64,000 nt of DNA from Mobula hypostoma (Eukaryota): the NCBI RefSeq assembly GCF_963921235.1, contig NC_086108.1:110300001-110364000 (forward strand), in the 5' to 3' direction. The position numbers and the translations under genes were made by a program. The notes beneath the pieces were generated by a model that was not told the DNA's origin, searched no databases, and saw only the letters and a list, made by a program, of their open reading frames with translations. Below, one piece after another: positions 11,697 to 25,024 of the stretch (the first letter of the stretch is position 1; every line of letters starts with the position of its first letter).

Positions 11697-13820
11697 AGTA
11701 GAGCGTGAAAGGTTTAAAAAGGCAAGGAATCTTTAGTGGTTTTTAATTCGGAGCAAGAAGGCTGCGAGTGAACAGCTGATTTTTCAGAGCGAAGGGAGTT
11801 TTTTACTACTCAGGTTAAAGAGAGGCAAGACTGCGCAGATGCATGACGTCAGCCAGTAGAGCGCGAAAGGTTTAAAAAGAAGACCGCCGTATCCAGTGGG
11901 CAGCAGAGTGGTAGGGTTTTGCTCAACGGGCTTAGATGGTAATGGGACGAGGCGAGGTAGGTTTAACTGTTATTTACGGAAAGGAGGAAATACATGTGTG
12001 AGGCCAGTTTTCTGTGCTTGGTGTTGGATGTGGGGTGGTTCCTGGAGTCTCCCAGCCTCCTGGACAGCCATATCTGCACCCAGTGTCTCAAGCTGCAGCT
12101 CCAGAGAGACCGAATTAGGGAACTGGAGATGCAGCTCGATGACCTCCGCCTGGTCAGGGAGAGCGAGGAGGTGAGGAGGAGGAGTTATAGGCAGGCTGTC
12201 ACACCAGGGCCACAGGATGCAGACAAGTGGGTTACTGTCAGGAGGGGGAAGGGGAAGAGTCAGGTACTAGAGAGTACCCCTGTGGCTGTACCCCTTGACA
12301 ATAAGTACTCCTGTTTGAGTACTGTTGGGGAGGGCGGGGGGAACAACCTACCTGGGGGAAGTGACAGTGGTCGTGCCTCTGGCACAGAGTCTGGCCCTGT
12401 GGCTCAGAAGGGTAGGGAAGGGAAGAGGAAGGCAGTAGTCATAAGAGACTCTATAGTTAGGGGTCAGACAGGCGATTCTGTGGACACAGGAAAGAAACTC
12501 GGATGGTAGTTTGCCTCCCAGGTGCCAGGGTCTGGGATGTTTCAGATCGCGTCCAAGATATCCTGCAGTGGGAGGGAGAACAGCCAGAGGTCGTGATACA
12601 TATTGGTACCAATGACATAGGTAGGAAAAGGGAAGAGGTCCTGAAAAAAGAGTACAGGGTGTTAGGAAGGAAGTTGAGAAGCAGGACCACAGAGGTAGTA
12701 ATCGTGGGATTACTGCCTGTGCCACGCGACAGTGAGTATAGGAATAGAATGAGGTGGAGGATAAATGCGTGGCTGAGGGATTGGAGCAGGGGACAGGGTT
12801 TCAGATTTCTGTATCATTGGGACCTCTTTTGGGGCGGGTGTGACCTGTACAAAAAGGACAGGTTGCACTTGAATCCCGGGGAGGGGACCAATATCCTGGC
12901 GGGGAGGTTTGCCAAGGCTACTGGGAGAGTTAAAACTAGAATTGTTGGGGGGTGGAATTGAACTGAAGAGATTGGGGAAGAGGAGGTTAGCTCACAAATA
13001 GAGAAAGCTTGTAGACAGAGCTAGAGGGAGGATAGGCAGGTGATAGAGAAAGGACGCGCTCAGACTGAAGGCTTGAGATGTGTCTATTTTAACGCAAGGA
13101 GTGTTGTGAACAAAGCGGATGGGCTTAGAGCCTGGATCAGTACTTGGAGATATGATGTGATGGCCATTACAGAGACTTGGATGGCTCAGGGATAGGAATG
13201 GTTACTTCAAGTGCCGGGTTTTAGATGTTTCAGAAAGGACAGTGGGGGGGAGGCAAAAGAGGTGGGGGTGTGGCACTGTTGATCAGAGATAGTGTCATGG
13301 CTGCAAAAAAGGTGGACGCCATGGAGGGATTGTCTATGGAGTCTCTGTGGATGGAGGTTGGGAATAGGAAGGGGTCAATAACTTTACTGGGTGTTTTTTA
13401 TAGGCCGCCCAATAGTAACAAGGATATCGAGGAGCAGATAGGGAAACAGATCCTGGAAAGGTGTAATAATAACAAAGTTGTCATGATGGGAGATTTTAAT
13501 TTCCCAAATATCAATTGGCATCTCCCTAGAGTCAGGGGTTTAGATGGGGTGGAGTTTGTTAGGTGTGTTCAGGAAGGTTTCTTGCCACAGTATGTAGATA
13601 AACCTACAAGAGGAGAGGCCGTATTTGATTTGGTATTGGGAAATGAACCTGGTCAGGTGTCAGGTCTCTTAGTGGGAGAGCATTTTGGAGATAGTGATCA
13701 TAATTCTATCTCCTTTACAATAGCATTGGAGAGAGATAGGAACAGACAAGTTAGAAAAGTGTTTAATTAGAGTAAGGGGAATTATGAGGCTATCAGGCAG
13801 GAAATTGGAGGCTTAAATTG

Positions 13821-14185
13821 AACCATAGAACCATAGAAACTACAGCACAGAAACAGGCCCTTTGGCCTTTCTTGGCTGTGCCGAACCATTTTCTGCCTAG
13901 TCCCACTGACCTGCACACGGACAATATCCCTCCATACACCTCCCATCCATGTATCTGTCCAATTTATTCTTAAATGTTAAAAAAAACCCGCATTTACCAC
14001 CTCGTCTGGCAGCTCATTCCATACTCCCACCACTCTCTGTGTGAAGAAGCCCCCCCTAATGTTCCCTTTAAACTTTTCCCCCCTCACCCTTAACCCATGT
14101 CCTCTGGTTTTTTTCTGCCCTTGCCTCAGTGGAAAAAGCCTGCTTGCATTCACTCTATCTATACCCATCATAATTTTATATACAT
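13821..14185 (-). mobile_element. CR1 3' end of another subfamily inserted antisense into the CR1 ORF2
   Basis: (aaccatag)n tail and TRGHGLRVRGEKF...FFTQRVV motif; host ORF2 resumes at ~14197. Confidence 0.8.
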
Positions 14186-16084
14186 TCCAATTTTATATAA
14201 TTGGAAACACATGTTCTCAGGGAAAAGGACAGAAGAAATGTGGCAAATATTCAGGGGATATTTGTGTGGAGTTCTGCGTAGGTACGTTCCAATGAGACAG
14301 GGAAGTTATGGTAGGGTGCAGGAACCATGGTGTACAAAGGCTGTAATAGATCTAGTCAAGGAGAAAAGAAAAGCTGACAAAAGGTTCACAGAGCTAGGTA
14401 ATAGTAGAGATCTAGAAGATTATAAGGCTACTAGGAGGGAGCTGAAAAAGGAAATTAGGAGAGCCAGAAGGGGCCATGAGAAGGCCTTGGTGGGCAGGAT
14501 TAAGGAAAACCCCAAGGCATTCTACAAGTATGTGAAAAGCAAGAGGATAGGATGTGAAAGAATAGGACCTATTGAGTGTGACAGTGGGAAAGTGTGTATG
14601 GAACCGGAGGAAATAGCAGAGGTACTTAATGAATACTTTACTTCAGTATTCACTATGGAAAAGGATCTTAGTGATTGTAGTGATGACTTGCAGCAAACTG
14701 AAAAGCTTGAGCATGCAGATATTAAGGAAGAGGATGTGCTGGAGCTCTTGGAAAGCATCAAGTTGGGTAAGTCGCTGGGACCAGACAAAATGTACCCCAG
14801 GCTACTGTGGGAGGCGAGGGAGGAGATTGCTGAGCCTCTGGTGATGATCTTTGCATCATCAATGGGGACAGGAGAGGTTCCGGAGGATTGGAGGGTTTCG
14901 GATGTTGTTCCTTTATTCAAGAAAGGGAGTAGAGGTAGCCCAGGAAATTATAGACCGGTGAGTCTTACCTCAGTGGTTGTTAAGTTGATGGAGAAGATCC
15001 TGAGAAGCAGGATTTATGTACATTTGGAAAGGCATAATATGATTAGGGATAGTCAGCATGACTTTGTCAAGGGCAGGTCGTGCCTTACGAGCCTGACTGA
15101 ATTTTTTGAGGATGTGACTAAACACATTGAAGGAAGAGCAGTAGATGTAGTGTATATGGATTCCAGCAAGGCATTTGTCAAGGTACCCCAAGCAAGGCTT
15201 ATTGAGAAAGTAAGGAGGCATGGGATCCAAGGGGACATTGCTTTGTGGATCTAGAACTGGCTTGCCCACAGAAGGCAAAGAGTGTGGCAGACGGGTCATA
15301 TTCTGCATGGAGGTTGGTCACCAGTGGAGTGCCTCAGGGATCGCTTCGTGATTTTTTATAAATGACCTGGATGAGGAAGTGGAGGGATGGGTTAATAAGT
15401 TTGCTGATGACACAAAGGTTGGAGGTGTTGTGGATGGTATTGGAGTGCTGTCAGAGGTTACAGTGGGACATTGTTAGGATGCAAAACTGGGCTGAGAAGT
15501 GGCAGATGGAGTTCAACCCAGGTAAGTGTGAAGTGGTTCATTTTGGTAGGTCAAATATGATGGCAGAATATAGTATTAATGGCAAGACCCTTGGCAGTGT
15601 GGAGGATCAGAGGGATCTTGGGGTCCGAGTCCATAGGATACTCAAAGCAGCTGCACAGGTTGACTCTGTGGTTCAGAAGGCGTATGGTGTATTGGCCTTC
15701 TTCAGTCGTGGAATTTAATTTAGGAGCCGAGAGGTAATGTTGCAGCTATACAGGACCCTGGTCAGAACCCACTTGGGATATTGTGCTCAGTTCTGGCCAT
15801 CACACTACAGGAAGGATGTGGAAGCCATAGAAAGGGTGCAGAGGAGATTTACAAGGATGTCGCCTGGATTGGGGAGCATGGCTTATGAGAATAGATTGAG
15901 TGAACTCGGTCTTTTCTCCTTGGAGCGACAGAGGATGAGAGGTGACCTGATAAAGGTGTATAAGATGATGAGAGGCACTGATCGTGTGGGTAGTCAGTGG
16001 CTTTTTTCCAGGGCTGAAATGGTTGCCATAAGAGGACACAGGTTTAAGGTGCTGGGGAATAGGTACAGAGGAGATGTTAGGGGT

Positions 16085-16810
16085 GAACAACAGGAATTCT
16101 GCAGATGCTGAAAATTCAAGCAACACACATCAAAGTTGCTGGTGAACGCAGCAGGCCAGGCATCATTTGTAGGAAGAGGTGCAGTCGGCATTTCAGGCCG
16201 AGACCCTTCGTCAGGACTACTAAAATAGAGGATGAAATAACGGGTAGGACCATTACAGACGGCGAAGAAAATGTCCCGAAGGTGTGGGAGGGTCTGGGAT
16301 AGGGACACCAAGTACCTCCTCATGGCGGAGAGAGTCACCTTCAGAGCTTGACGGGAGAAACGGTGAGAGGCAGAGTCAATAAAATGTGAGTACCTGGGAT
16401 CCTCAGAAGGTCCAAATTGAGAGGCTTGGAAACGGATCCTAAAGCCAACTGGAGTAAGTTGGCGACGGAGGCACGTTCCAAGAAAGGATATATGGCTGTG
16501 ATAGCGAGTTTGAGTCAAAGTGTGGTCGAAAAGTTGAAGAGCCGAAGAAATTACAGATGGGGAGCAGTGAGAGATGGTTTCACTGAACTCCCGTCGAAGA
16601 GAGGATCTAAACTTCTTCGGTGTAGGCATCACCGGAAGAGGCTTCGCAGTAGTGAATTTAAACGCAAACAACAGGAATTCTGCAGATGCTGGAAATTCAA
16701 GCAACACACATCAAAGTTGCTGGTGAATGCAGCAGGCCAGGCAGCATCTGTAGGAAGAGGTGCAGTCGACGTTTCAGGCCGAGACCCTTTGTCAGGACTA
16801 CATTACCCCT
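16085..16810 (-). mobile_element. Penelope-like element: two tandem partial pLTRs flanking the ORF N-terminus, 13-bp TSD
   Basis: Direct repeats ~16086-16220 and ~16666-16800; ORF start MPTPKKFRSS... at 16629; AGATGTTAGGGGT at 16072-16084 and 16811-16823. Confidence 0.85.
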
Positions 16811-17046
16811 AGATGTTAGGGGTAAGTCTTTTACTCAGAGAGTGGTGAGTGCATGGAATGGGCTGCCGGCAACGGTGGTGGAGGCGGATGCGATAGGGTC
16901 TTTTAAGAGGCTTTTAGATAGGTACATGGAGCTTAGTAAAATAGAAGGCTATAGATAAGCCTAGTAATTTCTAAGGTAGGGACATGTTCGGCACAACTTT
17001 GGGGGCTGAAGGGCCTGTATTGTGCTGTAGGTTTTCTATGTTTCTA

Positions 17047-17540
17047 CAGTGGATGCTGGTTAATTTGGACACACTGGGACCAGTACATTTTGGCCCATTA
17101 AGCAGTTACCCTAGTTAGCTGAAGTTTCATGGAAATAGCTAAAACAGTGTAAAAAAAAGACAAACTACCATTTAAACTGAGTAGCAAATTGTATATTTGA
17201 ATAAACAAATTAAAACACCACTGTACAAAACTGTGTCTTCATTCCTAGTAGTTATTAAAGGAGGAATTCATCCAGTGTACGCTGCTGTGGTCTTTTGACT
17301 GTAAATGAACAAAATCAGCACAGACACCTGTGTAGATAATGGAATGTCTTCATACAATTTTCAGGCATGGTGTTGTGTCTAACAACCGCACAAGTACATA
17401 CGTCTGATGCCAGTTCGAATCTTTTTGGCAACATTCTCGTGCCCCAATTAAGTGGCACAGTGTCTTGAATAAACAAAGAGAATCCCAGCTATTTCCTGAA
17501 TTAGTTTTTATTTTTTAAGAATTGTCCCCGATTAACCAAT
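17047..17540. mobile_element. Non-autonomous DNA transposon (Tigger/pogo-like MITE); related copy in opposite orientation at ~21350-22097
   Basis: ta|cagtggatgctggttaatt start and ...ccgattaacc end; gggaccagtacattttgg and tttcatggaaatag blocks recur reverse-complemented at ~22020-22090. Confidence 0.55.
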
Positions 17541-17795
17541 TCCGGGTAGTGGCAGAGATAAACCTGAGTTTTTGACGCTGTTTTATAGCACTCCACTTAC
17601 ACAGAGCTACCATTCCTTAGATATTTTGAAGTAAATTAAAATTTGTTTTGAGATATCTCAAAGGGCTGGGATGCTGATACTGCAGCACCAGTACATGCTG
17701 GAATGCACACTGCATTCCCTGGGAAAGTGAAATGTGAATATAACTGACATAGAGGCAACTCAGTTGAACCAGTACAGCATAGGAATAGCCCCGAG

Positions 17796-18033
17796 TTTGT
17801 GCAGATGCTGGAAATTCAGAGTAACACTCTCAGAATGCTGGAGAAACTTAGCAGGTTAGGCATCATCTAAGGAGGGGAAACAAACAGTCAACGTTTCAGG
17901 CCAAGACCCTTTGTTCTGGCTTTTTACCCCTTCCTTTGTAGTCCTGAAGAAGAATCTCAGTCCAAAACATGAACTGTTTATTCCCCTCTATTGATGATGC
18001 CTCGCCTGCTGAGTTCCTCCAGCATTTTGTGTG
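17796..18033. mobile_element. Older Penelope-like fold-back fragment
   Basis: gcagatgctggaaat...cagtcaacgtttcaggccaagaccct, then the reverse-oriented gtcctgaagaag...ctccagcattttgtgtgt. Confidence 0.65.
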
Positions 18034-18674
18034 TCCAGTATTTTGCCCTTTGGCCCATAATGAGAGAAAAATATGATAAAATATATCGACCATCCTGCCT
18101 TTATGTAGGAGGCCTGTGCAAGACTAAGGCAGCCTAGATTTTTCACATAAATTTTATTTTAGATGTTTTTTGTCTTATGCATTAATGTGTCAGTAGAAAA
18201 GAGCAAATTTTAGATTTACAAACATTTATTTTACAAAAATAACAGTGAAGGATCGTGGAGGTTCTCGGCCAGTTTGGGGCTGCATTTCTGCAAATCTGAT
18301 CAGAATTAATGGAATCCTCAATGCTGAGAAGTACGAGCAGATTCTCACCTATCATGCAATACATTAGGGAGGCATCTGGATGGTTCCAACTTCATTCTGC
18401 GCAGAACAGTGACTCCAAACACATGGCCAAGGTCATAAAGAATTACCTTCAGCAAAAAGAAGAACAAGGAGTTCAGCACATGCCTCACCAGAGTCCTGAC
18501 CTCAACATCATCGAGGCTGTCAGGCATCACCTGGAGATTCAGAAGCAACTGAGATGCCAAAGTCTGCAGAAGAACTGTGGCAAGTTCTCCAAAATGGTTG
18601 GAGCAGCCTATCAGCTGATTTTCTTATAAAACTGCACAGCTGTACACCTAAGAGAATTGATGCAGTTTTAAAGG

Positions 18675-19303
18675 TGAGGCGGTGGGCCCATTACCGAGAG
18701 CATGGAAGGACATGAAAGTTTGAGTCAAATCAAAGCTGTGGAGTCCAGGTGCCAGAAGCAACTGAACATGCTGTGCGGACAGAGACTTGCAGGCCAAATC
18801 GAAGCGGCAAAGTCCGGCATATGCAAGCAGCAGAACCTGTTGTTTGCATGGAGGGTTAAGAGCCAACCCAGATTGAAAAAGAGTGTCAAGGGCCGAGGCA
18901 AGGTACAGGCCAGTTCAGATCACTGCTCGAAGAAGCAGAACCTGATGTTTGGGTGGAGGCAGGCCAGACTGAAAAGGTCAAAGTTTCAGAAAGGGCAGGT
19001 GTTGGGGCCTGAGGTGAGATACAGACCAATTAAGATCATTGCTCCACAACGTTTACTCAGCTCTGCACTGAACTATGGGACTCTCTTGTGGACTTCAGTT
19101 CAGAAACACTATTTGCTTGCGGTTACTGTTTGCATGATATTTTAAATTTTCTGCACATTGGGTGTTAGACTATTTTTTTCATATATATGGGGCTTGTTTT
19201 GGGGTCTTTGTTTCATGGCTTCCTGAATCCTCGAGATCCTAAATTGACGAATCTCAAGGTTGTATAATATATATGTTCTTTGATAATAAAATGTACTTCG
19301 AAC
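18675..19303 (+). mobile_element. Non-autonomous retroelement with unique head and Rex-like tail, 8-bp TSD
   Basis: TTTAAAGG at 18667-18674 and 19304-19311; tail gaatctcaaggttgtata...tgataataaaatgtacttcgaacttt. Confidence 0.65.
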
Positions 19304-19360
19304 TTTAAAGGCAAAGGGTTGTCAATCTAAATATTTATTTTACTGTTTACTATTCTTCTG

Positions 19361-19665
19361 GCACGTGGCCAAGTGGTTAAGGCGTCAGTCTAGTGATCTG
19401 AAGGTCGCTAATTCGAGCCTCAGCTGAGGCAGCATGTTGTGTCCTTGAGCAAGGCACTTAATCACACACTGCTCTGCGACGACACTGGTGCCAAGCTGTA
19501 TCGGCCATAGTGCCCTTCCCTTGGACAACATCAGTGGCGTGGAGAGGGGAGACTTGCAGCATAGGCAACTGCTGGTCTTCATTACAACCTTGCCCAGGCC
19601 TGCGCCCTGGAAACCTTCCAAGGCGCAAATCCGTGGTCTCAGGAGACTAACGGATGCCTATAAAA
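19361..19665 (+). mobile_element. tRNA-derived SINE with CORE/Meta-like central domain, 12-bp TSD
   Basis: A-box TGGCCAAGTGG, B-box ATTCGAGCC, gtgtccttgagcaaggcacttaa; ACTATTCTTCTG at 19349-19360 and 19666-19677. Confidence 0.8.
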
Positions 19666-22600
19666 ACTATTCTTCTGAGTAATTTCTTGATACTTAGAAA
19701 CTTTTCAAGGTGTTTTTGCTTTCCAGATTTTTTTCATGCGCTTTTGCACAGAACTGTAATAGTCAATAAACTCACAGACTTGGAGCATGTACCAGAATTC
19801 AAACCAAACAGATAACCACACCTAGTATATCTTTGCATAGGCAATTGCTTCAAGAGAAGAATAACCTACTTCCAATTTCAAGTTCCAGTTTATTGTCATC
19901 TGACTATACAGTACATACATTCAGCCAAATGGACCAACAGTCCTCTGGACCATGCGTACCCATATTACATGTATCACACGCTGCACAAAAAATAAAATAT
20001 TACCACAAATAAGTTAATAAAATATAATTCAAAATGCATGTAGTACACAGCGCAGGTAAACAATAAACAGATTGTTGTCCTAGTGACGAGACCTCGGTGG
20101 CGGCAGGGTATTCATTAGTTTCTCAGCCTGAAGGAATTTAGTTCTGAGCTGTAGGAAACTGGGCTGGAATTCTTTTGATGAGGGGTGAACAGTGGACAAC
20201 AGCTGCTACACAAGTCAAGTCTTGATCCAATGGCAAGGAAGTTCAGGGTAATTTATGATTAGGCCTTGCTACAGAGACCTGCATCCAGTTCACACCAAAC
20301 CACATATACCCCTAATCTTTCTGTACAATTCTTTGCTGTTCCCTTGGCCTGCCACCTCTAGCTCAACCCTCCCCCCACCCCAACATTTTCTCTGCCATTC
20401 CAGCTGATGATTGTTCACTTGACCAAAATAAATTCACTTTGTGCAATATGCACCCTCCAGGATTGGTCCCTAATCATTCTCTCAACCTGGAAGTGGTACC
20501 GCTCAGTGCCTTCTGGGCCTGCCCACGGGCTGTATGTCTTACTTCACAGATACTGATTCACGGTCATTCCTAATTGAAAGTAATTAGCAAATACCAGCTG
20601 GCCCTTTGAGCTTCATCTGCCATTAATCAAGATCATGTCTGATACTGTACTTTACATCCACACCATCTCCCTATATCATCCCTTAACAAGTAAAGAGTGG
20701 TTATAGAACGATACACCATGCTGAACTGCTATTCTGCCTAGTCCTATTGAGCTGCACCCAGACAATAGACCTCCATTCCCCTCCTGTTTATAACCTATCC
20801 AAACTTCTCTTAAATGGTGCAATCAAACCTGCATGCACCACTTCTGCTGGCAGTTCATTCCACACTTCCACCAACATAGTTCCTCCTCAGGTTCCCCTTA
20901 AGTATTTTGCCTTTCATCCTTAACCTATGATCTGTAGTTCGAATCTCACCCAAGGTCAGTGGAAAATGCTTGCTTGCATTTACCCTAATAATACACAAAG
21001 CACTGGAAGAACTCAGCAGGTTAAGCAGCATCTACAAGAGGAATAAACAGTCAATGTTTCAGGCCAAATCCCTTCATTAACCCTGATGATACCCCACATT
21101 ATTTTGTATACTGCACATCTCTCTTCGCTCTCCTAATGTATTGAGCAATACCTTGGTATGAGTATTTTTTGGCAAAAAAAAGTTCTTCACTTCCAGTTTT
21201 AACAGGATCAGACTTGCATGAGTTAATAGCAGAGAGGCAGACTGCTCAGCCTGACTGATCTCTCCTGCCATTTATGTTCCACCACAAGCATCCTCTCAGC
21301 ATACCTCAAACCTCAAGTGTGAAAGGTCCTCCATTTGAAACATGAATCTTGTTCTTCAAAACAAGACCTACATTGCTAGCACAAACGACAGGCGCAGAGT
21401 TACTTTTTCACTGCATGAAGCACACATACATGAGCTAACTGCAGTTGAACCGTGTAACAGTACGTTCATATAGTTTGAGATTTGCTAAAGTCAGACGTGC
21501 AGATAGAGCAAAGAGGTTTTTAAACAGCGTCAGTTGTATGGGCTTGTGTTTTTTAAAAAAGCACAAATATTTTGTCACTGATGGCTAGAAACAAGTAACA
21601 AGGCAATTCAGAACTGTTCTCACTGTGGTTTCAAACATTCAGGTTTGGAGTTGTCAGAAACTGCTAGGAGTGAAAATGAAATGATTTTACTATTTCAACC
21701 ACTGAGGAACGATGAAGAATTTGAAGTTATCAACAATCATCTTGAATGTTATAATGAAAATAAAGATTTGGAGGATGCTGTAGTTAAAAGCATTGCATGA
21801 GGGCACTTCATTTTCTGCATGTGTGCCTGCACTGATGTTGTTCATTTACAGTCAATCAAAACAACACAGCAGATAAATTTCTCCATCAATGACTATTAGG
21901 AATAATACAGTTTTATAATATTTTGTTAGTATTGGTAATGTTCTGATTTATTCTGTATTTTATTTAAATACATTGTTACTCAGCTAAACAGTAGTTTGTG
22001 TTTTTTATACCTTTTTAACTATTTCCATGAAACTTTGGCAACCACTTCATTGAGTCAAAATGTACTGGTCCCAATTTACCCCAATTAACCGGATCTGGAT
22101 TTGCGTAATTGGTCAGTTTAAGGTTCAGTGTAGTGGCGTTGTATAATTTCTCCTTGACTTATTGTTTTTGAAGTTGCTTTTTACGAAAGCATAATCAATC
22201 AAATGGATGTTTTTAATATTTAAAGCTGTAATGGGTAGCAATCAGTTATGTAGCCAAGTATTCTGTCAGAAATTTAAACAGCATCAGTATTTCAATGGAA
22301 ATTTTCAAAGGGATGATAGTCAAGTAAGTCTAGATTAATAAATTTTGCATTGTCGCTTTTCACACAGATAGGCAGTTGCTACAGGGAACAGCCTTTTATC
22401 TTTAAGTCCACAGTAAATTGTTCGCATCTGTACAGCTATGACAGGCCTGTAATGAGCAGTGCTTCACCCTGGTATTAAAGAGCTTAAAGTCACCACCACA
22501 GATGTAATTAAGCCTTGCAGGGTCTGTCTGTAATTGCATTGCTAGAAATCATTGACAATTCAAGTGGACATTGATTAAAATTTGACATGATGATCACTGT

Positions 22601-25024
22601 TTGCCTGAAGTCTTGGTGAAAATTCTCAATAGCTTGGTTTGAAGAGATTGACAGACACATCAAAACCATCAAGTATACTTCTTGTGCACATTATATCTTC
22701 TTAATACTTCATGTTTTTATTTACTAATGTGAGCCTTGTGAAGTGTAACTTACATCAGCTGCCAAAAAAATCTTCATTCAAGTTTTAAATGTGAGATTCT
22801 GCAGATGTTGGAAATGCAGATCAACACATACATCATGTTGGTGGAACTCAGCAGGTCAGACAGCATCTATGGAAGGGAATAAGCAGTCGATGTTCCAGGA
22901 GAGACCTTTCTCCAGCATTTTATATGTGTTAATTCAAGTTTCTTGTTCGGGCATACATACCCAGGGCATAATTGTCATGAAAATGAGCTTTCTGCAGCAG
23001 CTGCACAGTACAAGACAAACACAAGTTAACAGACATGAATTAATATAAATTACACAGCAATATAAACCACAGCATTGATGCAGGATGAGAGGATGGGCAA
23101 GAGTGGAGGAATGGGAAGTTGTGTTCTCCTATAAAAGATCTATACTAAATGCTCGAGGATCTGCAGGTCAGACAGCACCTATGGAAGGGAATAAACAGTC
23201 AATGATTCGTGCAGAGACCCTTCATCAGGACCGGCCCAAAATGTCGACCGTTTATTCCCTTCCACAGATGATTCCTGACCTCCCGAATTTCTCCAGCATT
23301 TTGAGTGTGTTGTTCGGGATTTCCAGAATGTGCAGAATCTCTAATACCTATAAAAGATCCTCTTAGACTATAACATATAGGCACAGAATTAATCCATTCA
23401 GCCCATCAAGTCTGATCTGCTGTTCCATCATGGCACATTTATTATCCTTCTCAGCCGCATTCTCCTGCCTTCTCCCTGTAACCTTTGACACCTGCAATCA
23501 AGAATCTGTCAACATTTGCTTTAAATATATTCAATAACTTGGCCTCCACAGTTGCCTGTGGCAATGAATTCCACAGATTCACCACCCTCTGGCTAAAGAA
23601 ATCTTCCTCATCTCTGTTCTGAAGGGAGACACTTCTGTCTGGTGCCATGAACTGTTGTCTTGAGCATGTTTATATATTAAGAGAGGCAAACTTGCTTCTC
23701 ATTGCTGCTATTGGTAAGGAGATACAGGAGCCTTGGGGTCCCAAGCCACCAGGTTTAGGAACATTTATTACCCCTCAACCATCAGGTTCCTAAACTAGCA
23801 TGAATAACTTCACTCACCTCAACTCTGAACTGATTTGCACATCCTATGGACTCGCTCTCAAGGACTCTACAACTCAAGTTCCTAGTATTATTTATTTATT
23901 ATTATATTTTTATATTTGCACAGTTTGCCTTTCATACATTGGTTGTTTGTCAGTCTTGTATGTATGTAATTTTCCATTGGTTCTATTGTATTTCTTTGTT
24001 CGACCATGAATGCCTGCAAAAAATGAATCTCAGGGTAGTAAGACACACAAAATGCTGGAGGAATTCACCAGGCCAGGCAGCAAAAGAGTACAGTCGAGCA
24101 GTAGGACCCTTCTCAGGGTAGTATATGGTGACATACATATTTTGATAAAGAATTTACTTTGAACTGCTGCTCAGGCAGCAAGGCCAGGTCATTTTCACTT
24201 TGAAGGTTTCAACAAAGCTTAACAAGTGTTGTATATGAAAGCCAGAGGGCAAGTTCACACTTTTCTCCAGAAAGCAATCACAGATGATTAACAGTGGTAA
24301 TTTTTATGCCCTCCTAATCTAAGGATAATCAAATTAGATTAACCCACTTTTGATTTGGATGAGTTAATTTTGTATAAATGAAGTACCAAGTAGAGCCTCT
24401 TCATAAAGCCTACTGAAGTCCAGATAATCTTTCATAATGCCAGCATTTTATATTTGTATTTTGTGGATCGTTTCCATTCTTATGTGAAATTATTTATCCA
24501 AGGTAGACTTCAAATCCTTATCCTTGAACTACCATTCAGCGTTAGGCTAAATGAATTTGGTCATAAAGACGAGAGATTCTACAGATCTGGAAATCACAGG
24601 AACGCACACAAAATGTGGAGGAATTCAGCAGGTTAGGCAGCATCTTTGGAGAGGAATCAACAGCCAATGTTTTGGGATGAATCCCTTCATCGGGGCTGGA
24701 AAGAGTCAGATGCCAGAATAAGAAATATAGAAAACCTACAGCACAACATAGGCCCTTCGGCCCACAAAGCTGTACCAAACATGTCCTTAGAAATTACCTA
24801 GGGTTACACATAACCCTCTTTTTCTAAGCTTCATGTACCTATCCAGGAATCTCTAGAAAGACCCTATCGTATCCGCCGCCGGCCCATTCCACGCACTCAC
24901 CACTCTCTGCGTAAAAAAAACTTACCCCTGACATCGCCTCTGTACCTACTTCCAAGCACCTTGAAACTGTGCCCTCTCGTGCTAGCCATTTCAGCCCTGG
25001 GGAAAAGCCTCTGATTATCCACGA

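Larger units (their letters stand above)
11697..17047 (+). mobile_element. Near full-length, disabled CR1 LINE: 5' UTR, ORF1 (Zn-finger + SGNH esterase), ORF2 (APE endonuclease + RT), (TTCTATGT)n tail
   Basis: ORF pieces 11994-12961 (CLPGA, HIGTND, LHLN), 13225-13770 (YRPP, GDFN, SDH), 14097-15254 (NYRPVSLTS), 15362-16111; several frameshifts and nested insertions. Confidence 0.92.
18110..19757 (+). mobile_element. Degraded Tc1 transposon with two nested insertions
   Basis: Transposase remnant QNSDSKH...HQSPDLNIIE (18309-18629); terminal cttttgcacagaactg|ta. Confidence 0.7.

Noticed and set aside
19361..19430. tRNA-like sequence
   Set aside because: It is the head of a TSD-bounded SINE and lacks a proper acceptor stem
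21538..21549. ATGGGCTTGT|gt, resembling the C-beta3 first exon (MGL)
   Set aside because: Lies inside a DNA-transposon-derived repeat and the donor (gttttt) is very weak
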